The notes below the pieces were generated by a model that had not been told where the DNA came from, ran no database searches, and saw only the letters and a program-made list of their open reading frames with translations. A stretch of DNA of 64,000 nt from NCBI RefSeq assembly GCF_032062105.1, contig NW_026933842.1:434001-498000 (forward strand). The letters run 5' to 3'. Of this stretch, positions 60,425 through 64,000 are shown piece after piece (position 1 is the first letter of the stretch; the number at the start of each line of letters is the position of its first letter). The translations under genes and the position numbers were made by a program. This DNA comes from Saccostrea cucullata (Eukaryota).

Positions 60425-63232
60425 TTAAGGTATAATGTATGACAATCAGTTCATCTAAAGTTGTTGATTTATTTTCATCTAATTGTATATATAGGTTAAA
60501 TGTATATACAAATTTTTCATAATAACACATTTTAACAGAAATAAAATTTTCAAAAATGCAGCTCATATTGCTAAATGCTTTAAGGTATAATGCATAACAA
60601 CCGGTTGTAAAGTTGTTGCTTTGCTGTTCAGACTGGTACATGTATTTAAGGAATAATTGTCTAATTTTTTTTTATTTCATGATAAGATCAAATGAGTGGC
60701 TTGCATGATAATTTGGCATTTATGCATCAAATTATTACGCAAATGATCATCGTCATGAAATTGAAAAATCTAAGAAATTTTCTTCTGCTTGAATGTTAAT
60801 TCAGTATGATCTGACCAGGAATGGAACATGACTAGAGAGAAGAATTGTAGGTTTTCAGTCTAGATATCAAATTGTCTTGGCCACCCTGCACATGATTTTT
60901 GTTGAAACCGCTCTTTGTCTAGGCTTGGAGAAATGAACCATGTTTATTGCTTATTATATATGTAAATAAAGCTAGGGAAAATTAATTATTTGTAATTTTA
61001 TTGTTTTTGATGTTATAACAAAGACATTTGAAATATAAATATATACAATTTGTAACACAAAGTATTGTTCAAAATTAATTTACACAGGAACCAAAGGTCA
61101 ATAAGATTATTAACATAGGCAATGCATGTACAGAATTGAATTAATGTAGAATGGACATACAAATCTAAAAACACTGATCTCTTAATAAACAATTGCACAT
61201 TTAAAAATAAACTTTCATTTTCAGTTGATTTCTTAATGAACATGAGTGTCTACAATACGTAAATTTATAATTCTAAAAATAGCATTGAACAAGTCGTTTC
61301 TTGGGGCAGTGTAGTTCACACAAGAAAAAAAGAAATGATATGCATGTATTTTTTACATTCAATAATATTACACCTAAATAAGTCTTTATTTACAACACAA
61401 TTGTGTATAATTTTAAACACACCAAAAGTAAAAAATTGCATTAACACAGTTTACACAATTTTTGAAGGAAACAATTTTAATGTTTGTTTCAAGAGATAAA
61501 TTCCATTCCCTTTTTGCCATTGCTATGATTTATAAATATTTAATCTACACTTGTTTATTTTGCATGTATTCAAATTTGTTTTTTATCTCGATATTTATTG
61601 CTTATTAGGTAATAACATGAATATTTTATAAAAGGTTTTGTTTGGACATTCGTCTAACAGCAAGTGGTTCAAAATAGAGTGTCTATAACTATGACAAACT
61701 TCAGAATGCTCCTCTATTGTACTTAAAACAGAAAAACAACGCCCCTGAATAAAAAAAAATTACTCTTCCCTTTAATATTTACAATTATAATACATGTATA
61801 AAAATAAAAAATTAGTGTAAAACCTGCAACCAAAATAGCAACAGTTATTATTAATCGTTCATATTCCCATAAAAATGGCAAAATAAATAATTGAATCATA
61901 TAAAAAATTACTAAATTTATTTAACGATTAAACATTTCAAAGTTCATCTGATTTAGTATTTTAAAAATTCATTCCATTTATTAAGGCAATAAAATTAAGT
62001 ACATTAACTGAAAATGATTAGACAAAGCATTTGGAGATATCGTAAACTGAAATAAAAAGTTGAAGCAAAGTTCAACAGTTCAATTGACATTTGATTTTTG
62101 TCTAGTCCGAAAAATCTTAAGTTTTCCAGGCTTTTTTTAGATATTTTTCCAAGCACGTAAAATATAAAAATCGGAAAAAAAGTCTGATTACGTCAGATAT
62201 TTTGGACTAAATTTTGTCAAACAGAAAAATTTCATTAAAGAGAGCGCTTATGAGTATTTATAATATTTAATTTTGTTTACTTACACCCTTCATGATAATT
62301 TATTTATTTGCATGCTTCTGTACAAGACGCTGCAATCATATGCAGCATCATTTGTCAGGGTTAGGGTTAGAAAAGTGACCAGAATAAGTTGCATGCCAGA
62401 GGTTAATAACGAACAAGACTTCAAATATCTAAACAGACCCAGTTATGACAAATAGATCTTTAAAAGTACACAGACAGAAAATTTAAACAAAATTCAACAA
62501 TATGAATCTTTCGCTAATGTAGACATTGAAGAGCACATTGTTTAAATTTTGGGAGAAAATTGCATACGAATACGCAAAAATGCAGCCACAAAACCAAATC
62601 ATGTCCGATGTCATTGTTTGTAAATTGTCACCAGAAGCCCGCCTGTCCAGTTGATTAATTCACGGACATACAGAATTGTATTAACTGACCTGGAACCAAT
62701 TGTCAGATATCGTAAATAAAACGTCAGTCGACCCCTGGTCAGTTACTTGTTATAGTCCAGTTCAACGATCGGACAAGGTAAGCGAAACCGGTAAACATAT
62801 GTAGAAGTTAGAATGGATAGTATTTCACGAGAAAAGGGAATGTTTTCTTTTCAAAGATAAGCACAAGAAAGGCATTGATATAATTTTTAATTTTTTTTTA
62901 GTTTGATAAGCACTGACATTCAAATGATTATTTATTGTTTCGACGAAAATTGAAAGAATAAGTTTATAACCTATGAACATCATGAAATGTAAAATGCATG
63001 GTTTTTTTGAATTAATGCTATATAAATTTGTTCCATTTACAACGTATGTTCATTTTATTATGGCAAAACTGGAAAAGACATGTGAAATAACAATTTTAAA
63101 AAATCGATAAAATAAGTAACACTTTAGCATCTAGGTTGCAATGTTTAAAGTGAAAATTTAAAAGAAGTGTAAAATATTTATTTGATGCAATGTGTGTTCA
63201 TAAAAGATTTGGATTTTTGCAGAGCTAATACA

Positions 63233-64000
63233 ATGTCGTCGGAATTCAGTTACCTTTCAAGACCACGCGATAAACCCTACAGATACTGTACTATAACAGA
63301 ACTGATAGAGAGAAACACAAGGAGATTTCCCAACCATGAAATCTTAATTCACCGGGGTATTGACGGGTCCCGAGAGGCTCTTACGTATAAAGATCTAAAC
63401 GAAGAAGCCTTAAAGCTAGCCAAGTTTCTGGTGAAGAAAGGCATCAGGAAAGGAGATAAGATAGCCTTGTTTGGCCCGAATACATTGGAATGGGTTATTG
63501 GAGAGCTAGCAATTGTTTTGGCGGGAGGAGTTGCGGTGCACGTGACAATTAGCGTCACTGACGCCAGAGACTTATGGGATATCTTCCGGGAGGCTGACTG
63601 CAAAGCCTTTCTGATTGATCCAGGAAAAGGTGAAGCGTTTCTTGATTCCATATTTCAACTTTTAGCACTCTTTCGCCGCCGCCGACCATCAAGGGATTAT
63701 AAGGATGTTGATTCTAATGATTCGACAATTCTATTTCTCAGGAAAGTCGACGGAATTAGAAGTTATCGCGATCTGCCCGAAATTTTGAAGATGGAGGATT
63801 CTGATATTCAACTTCCCACACTTTACCCTGAGGACGAAATCTTAATTTTCACAACTTCTGGAAGTACTGGAAAACCAAAGATGGTCTCGCACTCTCATTT
63901 TGACATCGCCAATATAGAATTATTTGAAGCAGAACCAACTGAAGAATCGATTAAACAAAAAACTTACAATGACCGACCCTTCGGCTGGGTAGGTGGATCG
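63233..64000 (+). CDS. Acyl-CoA synthetase / AMP-binding enzyme (ACSF2-like), truncated by the window end
   Basis: Open frame from ATG 63233 (MSSEFSYLSRP...LTYKDL...GIRKGDKIALFGPNTLEW...) to the end of the window. AMP-binding P-loop IFTTSGSTGKPKMVSHSH and YNDRPFGWVGG. Acceptor TTTTTGCAG at 63222; upstream donor AAG|GTAAGC at 62777. Confidence 0.93.
   Translation, partial: MSSEFSYLSRPRDKPYRYCTITELIERNTRRFPNHEILIHRGIDGSREALTYKDLNEEALKLAKFLVKKGIRKGDKIALFGPNTLEWVIGELAIVLAGGVAVHVTISVTDARDLWDIFREADCKAFLIDPGKGEAFLDSIFQLLALFRRRRPSRDYKDVDSNDSTILFLRKVDGIRSYRDLPEILKMEDSDIQLPTLYPEDEILIFTTSGSTGKPKMVSHSHFDIANIELFEAEPTEESIKQKTYNDRPFGWVGGS

Noticed and set aside
63349-63651. 100-aa minus-strand ORF
   Set aside because: Antisense shadow of the acyl-CoA synthetase, whose own ORF is missing from the track because it runs off the window.

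Overview
AT-rich, intron-containing animal genomic DNA. The repeat families and gene content point to a bivalve mollusc, probably an oyster (inferred, not proven). Exons were joined by hand using GT-AG sites and phase checks, giving eleven protein-coding loci. On the - strand are three SPEC3/stum-family membrane-protein genes. Two are a recent tandem duplicate pair with PSAP/PPxY tails. The third has two distant small exons, absent from the ORF track, that encode an 8-Cys FYVE-like finger. Next come an orphan two-TM protein with a possible ubiquitin-like C-terminus, an ITIH-like VIT-vWA gene, a perlucin-like C-type lectin, TMEM186, ALG13, a POLR1G/RPA34-like gene head-to-head with REXO4, and the 5' part of an acyl-CoA synthetase. 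The most striking feature is ALG13/TMEM186. The ALG13 stop codon lies 1 nt before a splice donor, and the next acceptor opens the TMEM186 exon. Splicing them gives a bicistronic mRNA with the two ORFs in frame across one TGA, while AATAAA signals in that intron offer a monocistronic alternative. Introns and intergenic DNA carry many non-autonomous DNA transposons, including a four-level nest, two Helentron-type elements with 156-bp arrays, and a 40-bp satellite derived from a MITE terminal repeat that lies at the gene-duplication breakpoint.
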